DNA of 63,220 nt, filler included, from Octopus bimaculoides (GCF_001194135.2; 6 parts of 5 records of this genome joined end to end with filler, not necessarily neighbours in it); one strand, 5' to 3'. Numbered from the whole stretch's first letter, positions 34,751 to 48,596 are shown. Made by a program: numbers and translations. The notes: generated by a model not told the origin, from the sequence alone.

Positions 34751-37700
34751 TGAATAAATTAACTTATACATAGCTATATTGTACATAACAAAGGTACAAA
34801 ATAAAGATTCGCATGCCTGTCATCATGTAGGAAACGTTAATTTGTACTTAACTATATTGTAAATAACAAACAAAACTAATTATTCTAACATATTCATACA
34901 TAGGTAACCAGTTCTGCAACTATATCTTTGTACTAGCTTTGTATTTGTTTTGTAGGTTTGTGATGTGTTTTTTGTAGTCCAACTGGTTGTGTTTGTTTTG
35001 AACATTCCCCTTTTGTCATCTTGAGTTGGATGAAATTGTCTTCCTTACTGAACATTCGTATATCATTAGTTAACGGCTGCTTTCCTTGCTGGCATGGGCA
35101 GGGTGATTAAACAGGGAGCTGGTGAGCTGTAGGGCTGCGTTGAACTCCAGTGTCATCTTTGGCATAGTTTCTACAGCTGGATGCCTTTCCCAATACAACA
35201 ACTTTACATAATGTACTGGGTGCTTTTTTCTTGCCACCAGCACTAGTGAGGTTGTTATATAGCTTGCAAGATAGAAAAGAACAGAGAAAAAGAAAAATGA
35301 AAAAAGCTCCCATTATGAAGAGGAAGTATTTGGGAAAGGAAGTTGGAGGTGGGTGGCTGTATGCCATGTGTTGAAAAACTAAAGTATGATAGAGAAATAA
35401 GCACAGGTGTCTTGATATAAAGGAGATATATGGCTGAAAGAGACAAGAGGTATGTAGTGATGGGATGCCAGAGCAAACTCACAAGCAACAAGAAGGTGAG
35501 TATAAGAGATGGCACAGACATTGGGTCATGGGAAAGGATGAGAGAGTGGGTGCTTTCTTAAGAATGCGAGGAAGGGGTAAATAGTTGGAGGTAGAGGTTA
35601 TTGTAATGAATGATGAATTAGAAAAGGGCTGCAGATAATAGGAAATGCCAGTATTTAAAGGTGTATGGTGAGAGAAATAAGAGTGGCTCAGGAAGGAGAA
35701 TAGAACAGAAAATAGTGGGTTGATGTGTAAGATGTAAGAGCAATGGAGAGGGAGGTAAAGGGATACATAAGGGTCTATAGTAGGTGGACCATGATGATAG
35801 ATATGGGAATGCATTGAGAATGATAGCAGATAAGAGCGGTATTTAGAATGGAGTACAGTGAAGGGGAAAAAGAGCAGTGGTTGAAGGTACAGAAAAGAGG
35901 TGATTATATATATATATATNNNNNNNNNNNNNNNNNNNNNNNNNNNNNNNNNNNNNNNNNNNNNNNNNNNNNNNNNNNNNNNNNNNNNNNNNNNNNNNNN
36001 NNNNNNNNNNNNNNNCTATATATAAAAGAACACAAAAATTTATATGGTTTCATGAATAAATTATAATCAACTTCCAGGAAGCAGGAAATAACTGTCTTTT
36101 CAGGATTCCTATTGAGTAGTTTATCTTTAGAAGAGAATACGCTCAAGGTGTTCATGATATGCAAATGACATAGATATCTATTCCTCTTATACATTTTACT
36201 ATCCTCTACTTAGTTCCAATTCAATCCATAATGAATATTGGATTTCTGCGGCTCCCAAATATAAGCCAACAACTTAGCTACTTTTTTCTGGCCTTATTTC
36301 AAAATAAATGATTTTGTATATTATATATCACCTTAAATGGATTATCTATCAAACCTGTGTAGGCATTTGTAGACTGACAAATTTTAACGGAACATTTATA
36401 CAATAATTCAGTAATTTATACAATAATTTGTCATCGTACAAATGTTTAATGAAATTACAATTATTGTTTGGACCTCTGACTTTACAACGATTTTTATTAT
36501 CTATTTTGCTGTTTCTATTTAAACTGGATGTAGTCCAATATAATTGTTTCACCATGATCCTATTAATGATAAAATCTTCAGCCTATCAAAAAAAANNNNN
36601 NNNNNCTATCAAAAAAAAAAAAAAAAAAAAACTCTTGCCATTGATGTAGCCACCTCCATGTTGAAAGGTGGGTTGAGCTATGTTGTACATCTGCATCTAT
36701 TTCTATTTTTATAATACCTATCTCTATTATTTATATGATACACTTTTTGATGATGACGACGACAGCAACAACTATTATTATTATTAAAGATTTTAATCAA
36801 GATCTGAATTTAAGCAGGAATATTTTGGCATAGGTGATCTGAAGCTAGTTGGTATTCAGACTTAAAGGAGCTTGTACTAAACTCCATTTTCATGATGCTA
36901 AGTATGTAAGAGTGGAATCCCTCTGGATAGAGTATCTGTAACATTCCCAGATGATCTCACAATCTGGTACAGGTGAACTGAGTTGTGTATTATTAAGTGT
37001 ATTCCAAGAAAGGCTATACTATTAAACACCAGTTGGTGTATCTTAGATATTGACCTCTGCATTGGTCATGCAATACCCTTATCTACTCAAGTTTTACTCA
37101 ATATTTCAGTAATACACTAATTTCAAAAACTGTACACAAACAAAAGAGGGAACCTGTCACTGATTACAATACTTTCTTGACATATTAACCAAATTTCCCT
37201 CAATTACTTCTGTAATCTCTGGGCTACCAAAAAGAGTATATGGCTATGGCTGGAATAACTTTGATTATAGGCACCCTGATCTGGGTATATCTGTGGACTG
37301 AACAACAGCAAAACACTCAGCAACTGATTAACTGTAAAGAATACCCCATAAAACCAAAGCTAATAAAACTGACAATCATTGTGATTGCATTAAATTTTGC
37401 TGACTCATTCTATACTAAGTTACTCCAGTTTCAAATTACTTGTGAAACAAAATAAAAGATAAATAAAATAACAGCCAGACAGGTGTATTGATAAATATGA
37501 CAGTCATGAATTCTTTCTTTCATTCAACTATACTTACTTCAGAAGTTAAAAAGAAAACGACAGTTAAAAAAAAATACTCAAGATTAATTTGTTTGGGAAC
37601 TTGGATCAACAAATTTTCTGCTGAATCATTCCACCTGTATTTTAACGTTTTGTAAATAAAGAAGCAAGATTCAGTTGATTTTCGTCTCTTATATAATAGA

Positions 37701-37992
37701 CAAAAAAAAAAAAAAAGGAAAAGAGTTTCAATCCTGTTTCTCTGAGAAAACTGTGAGGCCTTGTGAATTGGTGTAAGCTGATCTCTCCTGACAGGGCTTA
37801 AGGCTACAGATTTACAAATGAAGACCAGTAGTGACAATGGAATAGGTATATTTTCAAGGTAACTACAGAAATTAAATAAAAAAAAAAACCCATCTTGGAA
37901 TGATCTGAACTTAGATCACAGCAAGATGAAATTAAATATTGTAATATTGTAAACTATTGCTACTACTACTACAGGTGGCAATCTTAAATATA

Positions 37993-38147
37993 GGCGCAGG
38001 AGTAGCTTTGTAGTAAGTAGCTTGCTTACCAACCACATGGTTCCGGGTTCAGTCTCAATGCGTGGCACCTTGGGCAAGTGTCTTCTATAGCCTTGGGCCG
38101 ACCAAAGCCTTGTGAGTGGATTTGGTAGACGGAAACTGAAAGAAGCC

Positions 38148-38191
<44 letters not shown>
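37993..38191 (+). mobile_element. SINE family B 5' half
   Basis: Head match; ends in (TA)n at a gap. Confidence 0.85.
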
Positions 38192-39704
38192 NNNNNNNNN
38201 NNNNNNNNNNNNNNNNNNNNNNNNNNNNNNNNNNNNNNNNNNNNNNNNNNNNNNNNNNNNNNNNNNNNNNNNNNNNNNNNNNNNNNNNNNNNNNNNNNNN
38301 NNNNNNNNNNNNNNNNNNNNNNNNNNNNNNNNNNNNNNNNNNNNNNNNNNNNNNNNNNNNNNNNNNNNNNNNNNNNNNNNNNNNNNNNNNNNNNNNNNNN
38401 NNNNNNNNNNNNNNNNNNNNNNNNNNNNNNNNNNNNNNNNNNNNNNNNNNNNNNNNNNNNNNNNNNNNNNNNNNNNNNNNNNNNNTAAAAGAGTATACCT
38501 TGATGGTTTTTACTACACTTTTGCTAATTACTTTTAAGTGCCTATGAAGTTACAAACAGACTAAAACAAACTGATTCTACTTCTTATTTAACAAGACAAT
38601 AATGATTTCTAACTCAAGGTACAAGGTCACACATTTTGGGGAAGAATAAAAATCAATTAATTGATCCTAGTACTGGAGAAAGGCAAAGTTGACCCCACTC
38701 AGCAGGAGCCAAACTAAATATTGCAAGGCTTTTGTCTATTTCCATCATATTTTCTATCTTTCCAAAAGATATCAAAATATATTTGGAAATAAATATATGT
38801 AAAAAATTTTTTTTTTACCCACTTTCTATGCTTTCCATGTTGGATAAGTCAACGCAATTTGAGTAAATTCTTACTTGATGTTCCTGATTTCATAGTTCAG
38901 TCAAGGGATCACATTTTGCTCATACAGCCTATTTTGGCACAGTTGTATAGCTGGATGCCCTTCTTAATACTAACCACTTCATAGAATGTACCAGGTGCAT
39001 TTTTTCTTGCAGCACCAGCTCTAGAGATGTTGCTGTCTAACAAAAGAGTTCTCACTACGCTTCATTGACTCCATTCATTCAGAGTAACATTGACCAACAG
39101 AATGGGTAGAAGGGAAGTTGATCACAGAAAATGAACTGGGAGAAGAAGGTGACAAGGTGAAAGAAGCAAGAATATGAAGGAAGATGGAGATTGATAATGC
39201 AACTTGTAGAGGCTGTTGTAAATTTCATTTTTATATAGCCTGGAGATAGATTCCTTTATCTTGCCCCTTTGAGTTATATCTAAGATTTGGACTTAGCATC
39301 ACTTCATTTGGCTAATTAGAATACTCATTAATCAGAAAATGACCTTGCTGCACACAATAGTGAGCTGTACCTACTATGGTACTTATTTACGTTTAGGTGA
39401 ATTGAGCCTGTGAGAATTGTCTTATGTTTGGACAGATTATAACTGTGGCAGTGAAGGCTTCAGCTTGTAATTAGTCAATACTAATTGAGTGGTCAATTGA
39501 AGGTCTATCCTTCTTTTTGATGATATTTACTATGTGAGAAGAAGAGAGAGAGATAGAATTATAGATAAGTGATGTAGACATGAAATAGTTTTAACATCAG
39601 TTACACCTGCATCGAGAAAACAAAAACATAGTGGAAAGGATGATAAAAACAGTAATTACAAAGAAAGCAGTAAGGCAACAGCAGTAGTAGTAGTTTCAAA
39701 TTTT

Positions 39705-39884
39705 GGCACAAGCCCAATAGTTTTTGATGGGTGGAGGGAATCAATTACATCTACCCCAGTACTTAACCGGTTCTTATTTTATTGACCCTGAAAGAATGAA
39801 AGGCAAAGTCAGCCTTGACAGAATTTGAGCTCAGAACACAAAGCTGGATGAAATGCTGTTAAATATTTTGTCCAGTGTGCCACC

Positions 39885-39886
<2 letters not shown>
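39705..39886 (-). mobile_element. SINE family A, heavily CpG-decayed
   Basis: attgaccctgaaagaatgaaaggcaaagtc versus atcgaccccgaaaggatgaaaggcaaagtc in intact copies. Confidence 0.75.
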
Positions 39887-39916
<30 letters not shown>

Positions 39917-40194
39917 TTCTGACATTGGCCTAACAAATTTAAGAATTAGTTCAGCTCCTGTATTTAACAGGTAATTATATTATGAGCTCCAAAAGAATGT
40001 AAGATAGTATTTCAATTAAGAATGTGAATAGATGTAACTGAATAGAGTAAGATATTATTTTCTGTTGCCCTACCAATTCTGTCAATCCACCATTCTAATA
40101 ATAATAATAATAATAATTTTGATAATAACAATGATGACACTGACACATTCAGTAAGCCTTTAACTAAAGAAAAGAAATGTTCATTTGTCATCAG

Positions 40195-40435
40195 AAAATT
40201 CGATAAGTTTCCCTAAACCATTTGACACTGCCATTATCAAAAACTCCCCACTCAGGGGCTGGAGCTGGTACACTATTACTAATTGTAGCAGTAGTACTGC
40301 TGATGAAGTAGCCTAGGTAACAGACCTTGTTTACAATTTGCAAGTTAGCCATCATAACAGTGAACACAGCAGAGACCAGTTTCCAAACACGTACAGCTGC
40401 CGTTGCTGCTTCTTGGCAACAAAACAGATATGACA
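40195..40435 (-). mobile_element. Decayed RTE RT-domain fragment
   Basis: CQEAATAAVRVWK and IVNKVCYLGYFISS resemble the RTE motifs around FxYLG. Confidence 0.5.
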
Positions 40436-40481
40436 ACAGAAGATAGATTTTAATCTAGAGAGGTTGTTATTCACTAAAAAC

Positions 40482-40512
<31 letters not shown>

Positions 40513-40693
40513 GCAGTTTTTCTAACATACAAAGCCACAGTGAATGTTTGAATATAATTTGGTTTGAAGAATAAAAAAAAAAATGTAAGAGAAGTGAATT
40601 TGAAGCATAGTACTTCTTTACTTCCTTGTTTCATGCAACTCATACAGGAATGGGCAAAGAGGGCAAAGAGCAGTTGCATAAGACTGTGCTTAA

Positions 40694-40914
40694 CCCTTTT
40701 GATACCAATCTACCTGAGACTGTCCCTGGTTCTACGACACAAGCTTATCATTTTAAGGTTATCTAAATGATAATCTTCCATCAAAATTTCATGTCAATTT
40801 GTTCCAGACACTAGCTTAATAATGAGAAAGTTATTTTACTAAATTCTTCGTTATTTAAAAAAAATTAATTGAAACAAAAGCAATATATGTCAGCAGAGGA
40901 ATGATAACAAAGGG
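40694..40914 (+). mobile_element. piggyBac-type MITE family 2
   Basis: TTAA|CCCTTTT...AAAGGG|TTAG; an inverted second copy lies at ~43297-43503. Confidence 0.7.
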
Positions 40915-42979
40915 TTAGTGTGTGGGAAAATGTGGTTTCTATCAACCATTGCAAAATGAATAGCAGTGCCTACCCAAAATGAATAGCTACTTTGATGCCC
41001 CACTAACCTACCTTTTTGGTCTTAGCATAATATGTGGATCAGTGCAAAATAAATCTGACAGTCAGAAGCATTAATTGGGATATTGGTTTCTGGCTTGTCA
41101 CATTTGTTGCCCAATATGAGCAAGTTGAGAATACAGAGGTCTCAAGAAATGACATGAAGAAATCATTATAGACATACATGTACTAATGGCAATTCCACAC
41201 ACATCTAGAAACCACAGAGCCATTCCAGAGCTTTGTTCTATCATAAGTGCAGAATCAAAAGTAATGAGACTGGCATTACAGAACTGAAATCTCAGGTATG
41301 CTTGTTGTAATTAGAATCACTTTTGAAGTTTCTGCCCCCAGTGAGTTAGACTGGTAGAAAAGGTAACAGCAGTAGAACCAGTAACAGTGAGTCCCAGTGA
41401 CTGTTGTCCTAACCGCAATATCAGTTTCAGTTCTGATACTACAGAAGATGGTCAAGAAAGTTGCTTTGTCTCCAGAACAAGAACTCAGCAACTAGGTAAC
41501 CTTTCCTTAAGGAAGGACAAAATAGTAACAACTGTAGGGAGAAGGAGAGGGAGAGTAATAGTTGTATGGAGTGAGAGACTAACTATATAAAGTGAGAGTG
41601 CAGGAGTATCAGAACTGAATCAAATGGGGAAACAGGCAGAGAGTCTCACAACTAAATGACATTTCTGAAGTCAACCCATACAACTATAAATATAGCAGGA
41701 TTTCATCTGTAAGATATAATGAGATAAACACTTTGCTGAATTGAGATTAAGCAATTAATAGAAAAAACTTTCTCTAGTAGTGATTAAAATGTAAAAATAG
41801 CAAGCAAGGGAAATAATTCCAGTAAGATCAGATGATAAAACTTTGTAGGCAATATAGACAGAACTGTAAAGCTAAGGTTCACCCATTTTATTAATGAAAT
41901 GACAAAAGATTTGGCATTCACATGCTTTTTTTTTTTTCTTTACCACTCTGTTGGTCTAGTTTAAAACCATATTTAATTGAACATGTCAATTTGTCCTTCA
42001 CTTTCTAATCCTCACACCTGCTTTGATAAGAAGCCCCACATGTTCTATGAACTAAACAAATGAAAATTTTAAACTTGCTTAACAGACAATATCAATAAGT
42101 TGTACCAAACCCCTACCCATAAAGGAACTTTCTCACTGACCAAAGTAAAATTTAAGCCAAAACCACTGAACCATGACATATGTATACATAAACAAACACA
42201 TGGAAATCAGATATTCAATACACAAAATTAAAAAAAAACAACAAGTCTTGACCACAATATATAGACTTACACATACACACCCAGTAGCTTATAATCGAAG
42301 AAAAACATGTATGTTCCAATGAAATAAACAAATAAAAGTATTTAAAGTTTAAAAGATATTTTCTACAAGCTATGAAATACCACTTACAATTTCAGAAACT
42401 CCCTCAAAGTTCTTGTGTAGGGTTAGACACTCCTATTTCACCCTTCCTATGTACCAGTGATTAGTCCTTTGGAAACCTGTAGTCAATGATACTATTGCAA
42501 TATAAAATATAGATATATGGATGTTTGTGTGCATGCAAACACATACACATACATGTATATATAAATGTTGGGAAGTTCATATGAATGGATTAATGTTATC
42601 ATAGTAACAGTAAAACTAGGGATTTGTTTTGTTATTTCTATATTGTCTTTTTTGTACATTTTTAACCAAATAAAAAATAAGGTACTAATGTTTTTAATAG
42701 AATGTTATTTTCTAGAAGGATTCTACCTCTTACCTCCCCTCCCTTCAATCTGTCTATCTCGTTCTGTCTCCTGTTTCTTTCCCTCTGTTTCTCTCTACTA
42801 AGCAGTTAACTTATTCTCTTATGGTTATGTTATATTTTTCACTTTTGTTCTATAATCATTGGCAGAGTTGTCAGTGTTTGTTGAAAAATACCCCATGCTA
42901 TTTAGTCATTTTCATTTAACTTATGATTTCAAATAATTCCAGGGATAAATTTTGCTTCTCATCCTCTAGGGTTGATTAA

Positions 42980-43197
42980 CCCTTTAGCATTTAAACTGGC
43001 CATATTTGGCCCAAATATTCTACCTATTTTATTTTCAAACTGGCCAGATCTAGCCCCTTGCACCAACCCTACAATGCCATTCTGAAAATACAGTCACATC
43101 ATTGGAATCTTAAAGCTACAAGATAATATATGATTAATTCAAAACAATGTGTATAAATAAGCATGAAATTTGACAGAATAATCCGAATGCTGAAGGG
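42980..43197 (+). mobile_element. piggyBac-type MITE family 1 with TTAA target-site duplication
   Basis: TTAA|ccctttagcatt...aatgctgaaggg|TTAA; TIRs match at 11/12 positions. Confidence 0.85.
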
Positions 43198-43874
43198 TTA
43201 AAAAAAATAGTAAAGAGCTTTAAGTTGATCAAGACTCTTCTGGTTTTCTATTTTCCATCTGTAACATACCCCAACCCAAAACGGTTCCACTATTAAAATT
43301 TTGCTACTGTATTTCTGTTGAAATATACTGCCTTTGTTTAAATCAATTTTGAAAATGATGAATTTAGTAAAATAATTTTATCATTATCAAGGTAGTGTTT
43401 GGAACATAAATTAAAATGAAGTTTTGATGGAAGGTTTTGATTTAGACTATTTTAAAACTATAGCACAAATGGAATTAGTTTCAGACAGGTTAGTATCAAA
43501 GGGATTAAATTTCAAAATTTATCCCATTACTTTAATTGGTTTCTTTTCAATTCTTCCATATTTTACATTTTATATGTATAGCTCTTAATTCATTATACTC
43601 ACACTACTTCCACTGCATACACGGTGTGTTAAAATAGACTTCATTCTTAACAACCACCTCTTTACCATTCCTAATCAATCACATCCTGCTAGTGCATATC
43701 CGGGTCAAATTCCAACCAAGTATTTCTCTACAAGTCACTTCTGTCTGTCACCTTAATTTTATTATTTATCTTGTGCTTTGTTTTATCAAATTTGTACCCT
43801 ATCCAGCTGTACAAATTCATCGCATTTTCCCTATCCTACATCTTTACCCTTCCCTGCTCTTCTATATATATATA

Positions 43875-44036
43875 TCATCATCATCATCATCATCGTTTAA
43901 CGTCCGCCTTCCATGCTAGCATGAGTTGGACGATTTGACTGAGGACTGGTGAAACCGGATGGCAACACCAGGCTCCAATCTAATTTGGCAGAGTTTCTAC
44001 AGCTGGATGCCCTTCCTAACGCCAACCACTCAGCGC
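43875..44036 (-). mobile_element. RTE LINE 3' end, young subfamily
   Basis: Near-identical to 20066-20232. Confidence 0.85.
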
Positions 44037-44305
44037 ATATAACNNNNNNNNNNNNNNNNNNNNNNNNNNNNNNNNNNNNNNNNNNNNTTAATTAATTAAN
44101 NNNNNNNNNNNNNNNNNNNNNNNNNNNNNNNNNNNNNNNNNNNCTTTTGTCTTGACACTAATGATGGTCATTTTTCTTCTAGCACTGACTTAAGCCGCTC
44201 AAGCTGCTCACAGTAGATCTCCTTTATCGTTTGGTTAGGATTTAAAAGTTCAAAGTGGACTAAACCTTTCATATCCTGCCAAACAGATAATGACACCTTA
44301 TGTAG

Positions 44306-44504
44306 GTCGTCGTCGTCGTCATCGTCGTCATTGTCGTTTAACGTCCGCTTTCTATGCTAGCATGGGTTGGACGATTTGACTGAGGACTGGTGAAACCAGA
44401 GGGCTACACCAGGCTCCAATCTGATTTGGCAGAGTTTCTACAGCTGGATGCCCTTCTTAACGCCAACCACTCAGAGAGTGTAGTGGGTGCTTTTACGTGT
44501 CACC
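44306..44504 (-). mobile_element. RTE LINE 3' end, young subfamily
   Basis: Near-identical to 23925-24120. Confidence 0.85.
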
Positions 44505-44962
44505 GAAGACCTTTTTTAGCCTGGGATGTCAGTGTTTCCCCCTTCTCTACCCACTGTTTTTAGTGCTTTGACATATTTATAGAGAACCTATTTCTCATCA
44601 CCATTCACTATTTGGTCTGAAAAAAGGTTCATTCGTGAGACACAACAGGAAAGAAGAGCACACATTCACTCTCTTCACATGATTAAGCTCAAAAGGTTTG
44701 TAAGGAACCCATTAATCCAATTTGCTAACTTTTCCAATGGCTTGCAGGTGTTGATGAATGGTTGAATGACCAAACCTAAGCTTCTCTGTTAGTTCCTCAA
44801 CAGTTACAATGGGACTTTTTTCACCAGAGTTTGTTGTGCTTTACAGATCTTCCAGGATGAAGCTTGTCTTTTATGCTGTAGTTTCTGGCTCAGAATTTCT
44901 GGAACCACTGTTGACACTTGCTTACACTTATTGCCCAATCCCCATCATCATCATCATCATCG

Positions 44963-45003
<41 letters not shown>

Positions 45004-45275
45004 GTCATCGTCATCTAACGTACGTTTTCCATGCTGGCATGGGTTGGACAGTTCGACTGGGGTCTGGGAAGCCAGTAGGCTGCACCAGGCCCCAATCTGA
45101 TCTGGCATTGTTTCTACGACTGGATGCCCTTCCTAACGCCAACCACTCCGTGAATGTAGTGGGTGCTTTTTACGTACCCCCAGCACAGGAGCCAGCCCCT
45201 ATATTTCATTAATATATCTCACATGTTCTTTTGCATTGTTGCCTTTATTGAACTCATTGTTGCCTTTATTCACCT
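44505..45275 (-). mobile_element. Decayed mariner transposase, interrupted by an RTE 3' end (44940-45197)
   Basis: EFNKGNNAKEHVRYINEI (N-terminal HTH); QQWFQKF..IKDKLHPGR; STIHQHLQAIGKVSKLD*WVPY; IVNGDEK*VLY (WVPHxL- and GDEKW-like motifs). Confidence 0.8.
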
Positions 45276-46914
45276 GATATATATAAAGGGAGAGAGGTAG
45301 ACAGGTGTGCATTTGTTAATTTTAAATATAGTATTACCATACTCACCTGAGGCTAGGTGGTGACTTATTTGTGGCAGAATGTTTTAGTTTAATGCTTTTC
45401 TGTTAACCAACCATTTCACAAAGTAAGCATTATCTTAGTCCACTCTTCTTCACAGATCATGAAATGTCACCATTCATATCCATTTGTCTGCATGCATGTA
45501 CACACACAGACACACACACATGCATCCATGCACACACACAGAGCTTTGGTTGGTCTGAAGCCATAGTAGATGCCCCTTGTTCATGATGCTGCACAGTGGG
45601 ATAGAATCAAAGACCATATGGTTCAAAAACAAAGCTTCTTACCCACACAGCCAAGCCTCAAAAGTTTGAATGACTTCTAATTACAAACTGTAGAAGCATT
45701 GAAGTCATGAGGTTCTACTAATGCCACAATATTCTTGCTAAATGGAATGCCAGTCGGTTGCAGGATTACTCATTCGCAGGTATTAGAGCAATGTGTATTC
45801 AAGTATTTTGCTGAAAAATGGAACACATTGCTTGTCTTGGAATTGAAACAGCAATCCTGTGGTCACAAGTGTAATACTGTAACCACTAGGCCATTTAAAG
45901 GCACATAGCAAAGTGGAAACAGTAGCAGATGCTAATAACTATCACATGGAGATTCAAGCATTTCTGTTGCTGTTAAAATACATTATCCACATAATGTTAT
46001 TACATATAGGTATCCTGTTTTATGAGTTTTTCATGGTGTAGTCATCCATTGTATAGTTACAGAGTATGTGGAGCATGCAGTGTACACTTGTAACAATAAA
46101 ATATTTTGGTTTAGTTGCGAGATGATCAAACGGCTGTGTGATGTTCCGAATACAAAATATTTATTTATCATTAACAAAATTGTTGTTGGAATGAAAAACA
46201 ACAACCAAAAAAAAAAAAAGATATTTTAACTAAGTGAGTCAGTTTGTGCATTTCTGTGAGAGATGAATGTGTCTGCAATGACAGCAGCCACCAGTTATTT
46301 AAATTCTTGCAGTAAGTTGGCTTATGCTGTGTCTCATCTTAACCACCATTGTTATCATCACATTCCATAACCAAAGTTGAGTGATATAAATTCCTGCAGC
46401 CATTGATCTTGGCTGTATACAGCCACTAACTATTTACCAGATAAACAATCTATATATATATATATCCAATGGTTTGTCAAACATAGGGCATAAAAAAAAA
46501 TGCACCAAAGACAAAATTGTTAATGACAAACCCATCTGTTGTTTATCACAATTAAGATCTAATGAGATAAACATCTGTTGGTTCTATTGTTTTTACTATC
46601 AGAAACTTGAATGGGTTAGTCATTCACTGACATCATCAAGTCTTCACAGACTCTTGTTTGTTATTTTTACGTCATAACACAGTGATTTGGGTTCAATTCC
46701 TAGGAAGCAAGTCAGTGTTTGAGACTTTGCCAATATTTCTGTAGCACACTATATGCATGGTTTATGTTTTCACTGGAAGTTGTTAGCCTCTTAAATGGAT
46801 CTATTGGTGTCGGATTTATTCTTGTGCTTTTCCAGAAATTGCTCTGCTGACATGTTCAAGTATTTGTTAGAATTTTGTGTTTGTATAATTCTTGCAGTTT
46901 CCTTATTTAAAGTG

Positions 46915-47173
46915 TGTATGAGAGAGAGAGAGAGAGAGAGAGATAGAGAGTGCATATGAAAGAAAGTGTGTGAGAGAGAGAGAGAGTGTGTATGAATGAC
47001 AGGTGAGAGAGTGAGTGTATGAATGAATGTGTGAGAGAAAGAGAGTATAGAAAAAGTGTGAGAGGGTGTGTGTGTGTGTATGAAAGAAAGTGTGTGAGAG
47101 AGAGTGTGTATCAGAGAAAGTGTGTGTGAAAGAAAGACAGTGTTCTTGTGTGTGAGAGAGTGTGCTTATGTGT

Positions 47174-47214
<41 letters not shown>

Positions 47215-47338
47215 TGTACTTTGGGCAAATGCAAAGAAAAGCTTGCCCAAGGTGCCATGCCGCAGGACTGAACCCAATGCCACAGAGTTGGAAGCAAGCT
47301 TCTTAATCATACTGCTTTTGTGGTTTCACTACAGATAT

Positions 47339-47379
<41 letters not shown>

Positions 47380-47822
47380 CACACACACACACTTACTCTC
47401 TCTCTCTCTCATATGCACACAGGCACACACACACACAGGTACATACACACACACACAGGTACATACACACACTCCCTCTCTCTCTCTCACTTGCATACAC
47501 ACAAGCACACACACAAGCACACACACACAAACACTCTCTCACTCACATGCACAAACACACTTTCTCTCTCACATACATATACTGTTTCTCTCTCTTTCTA
47601 TCACAAGCACACACACATTCTCTGTCGTCCTCTCTCTCACACACACACACACATGTACAGGCACACACACACACACACTCTCTCTCTCTCTCTCTCTCAC
47701 ATACACACAAACATATACTGTCTCTCTCTCTCTTTCTATCACACACACACGCACACACACTCTGTCTCCCTCTCACACACTCACACACACACACACACAC
47801 TACCTCTCTCTCGCACGCACAC
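46915..47822. repeat. (GA/GT)-rich tract, SINE B fragment (47205-47320, minus) and (CA/CT)-rich tract
   Basis: Direct reading. Confidence 0.9.
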
Positions 47823-48596
47823 AGCTTATATACAGGCATAATTAAATAAGTAAACGAAAGGTCTTTTCTATTCATTAAATTAAAAAGAACCATGGAATAA
47901 AGTAATTCTTGTCATTAAACAACACTCCATCATTTTCAATCAACCAAAAAAAAAAACAACAAAACTAAAAAGAGATGACAATAATTATAAACTTTTAAAT
48001 TTAAATATTATTCAAATAAATTGAATTTAAATGAAAGTAATTTCCCGAATAATAATAGGTAATTAAACTGGTAACTCGGCAAATCCTAAATCATTATACA
48101 TCCACATTGTTCAATACAGAACAGTTTTTCCTTGACATTTATTCCTTATTGTTGCGACATCCTTCAAGAACACTTTAAAATTTACGTCGTTTTTCCACCG
48201 TCATTGAGCAGTAGGCAGCTGATTGTCATTGACTCGCTGTTTGTGAAGATGAATTAAAATCGTTGGAATTCAGTTCTTAGAATATCTGCTTAATGAAAGA
48301 CAACTTCTCAAAATTTTACAGTTCCTGTCTCTGTCTCTGTGTAAGAGTTCCTTTTATTGCAGCTGCTGCCGCCGCTGCTGCTGTTGTTGTCTTCTTTCTC
48401 TGTTTGGTGTGGCTCTGTGTTTACTTATCACATTTGACAAACAGTTACTTCTCTCTCTCTCTCTCTCCCATTTTCTATTTCTCTTTTGCTCTCTTTGCAT
48501 AGATCGTTTATCATTCACTTGCTTCAATCATTAGACTGCGGCCATGCTGGGGCACTGCCATGAGGAATTTTAGTCAAACCATCACATCTCTCTCTA

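Noticed and set aside
35230-35905. Strongly purine-rich 670-bp stretch
   Set aside because: No ORF or motif identified; most likely a decayed strand-biased repeat, and I cannot assign a family.
41100-41720. Decayed coding-like block (RRRGRVIVV.. resembling a CR1-type ORF1)
   Set aside because: Similarity too weak to call without a database search.
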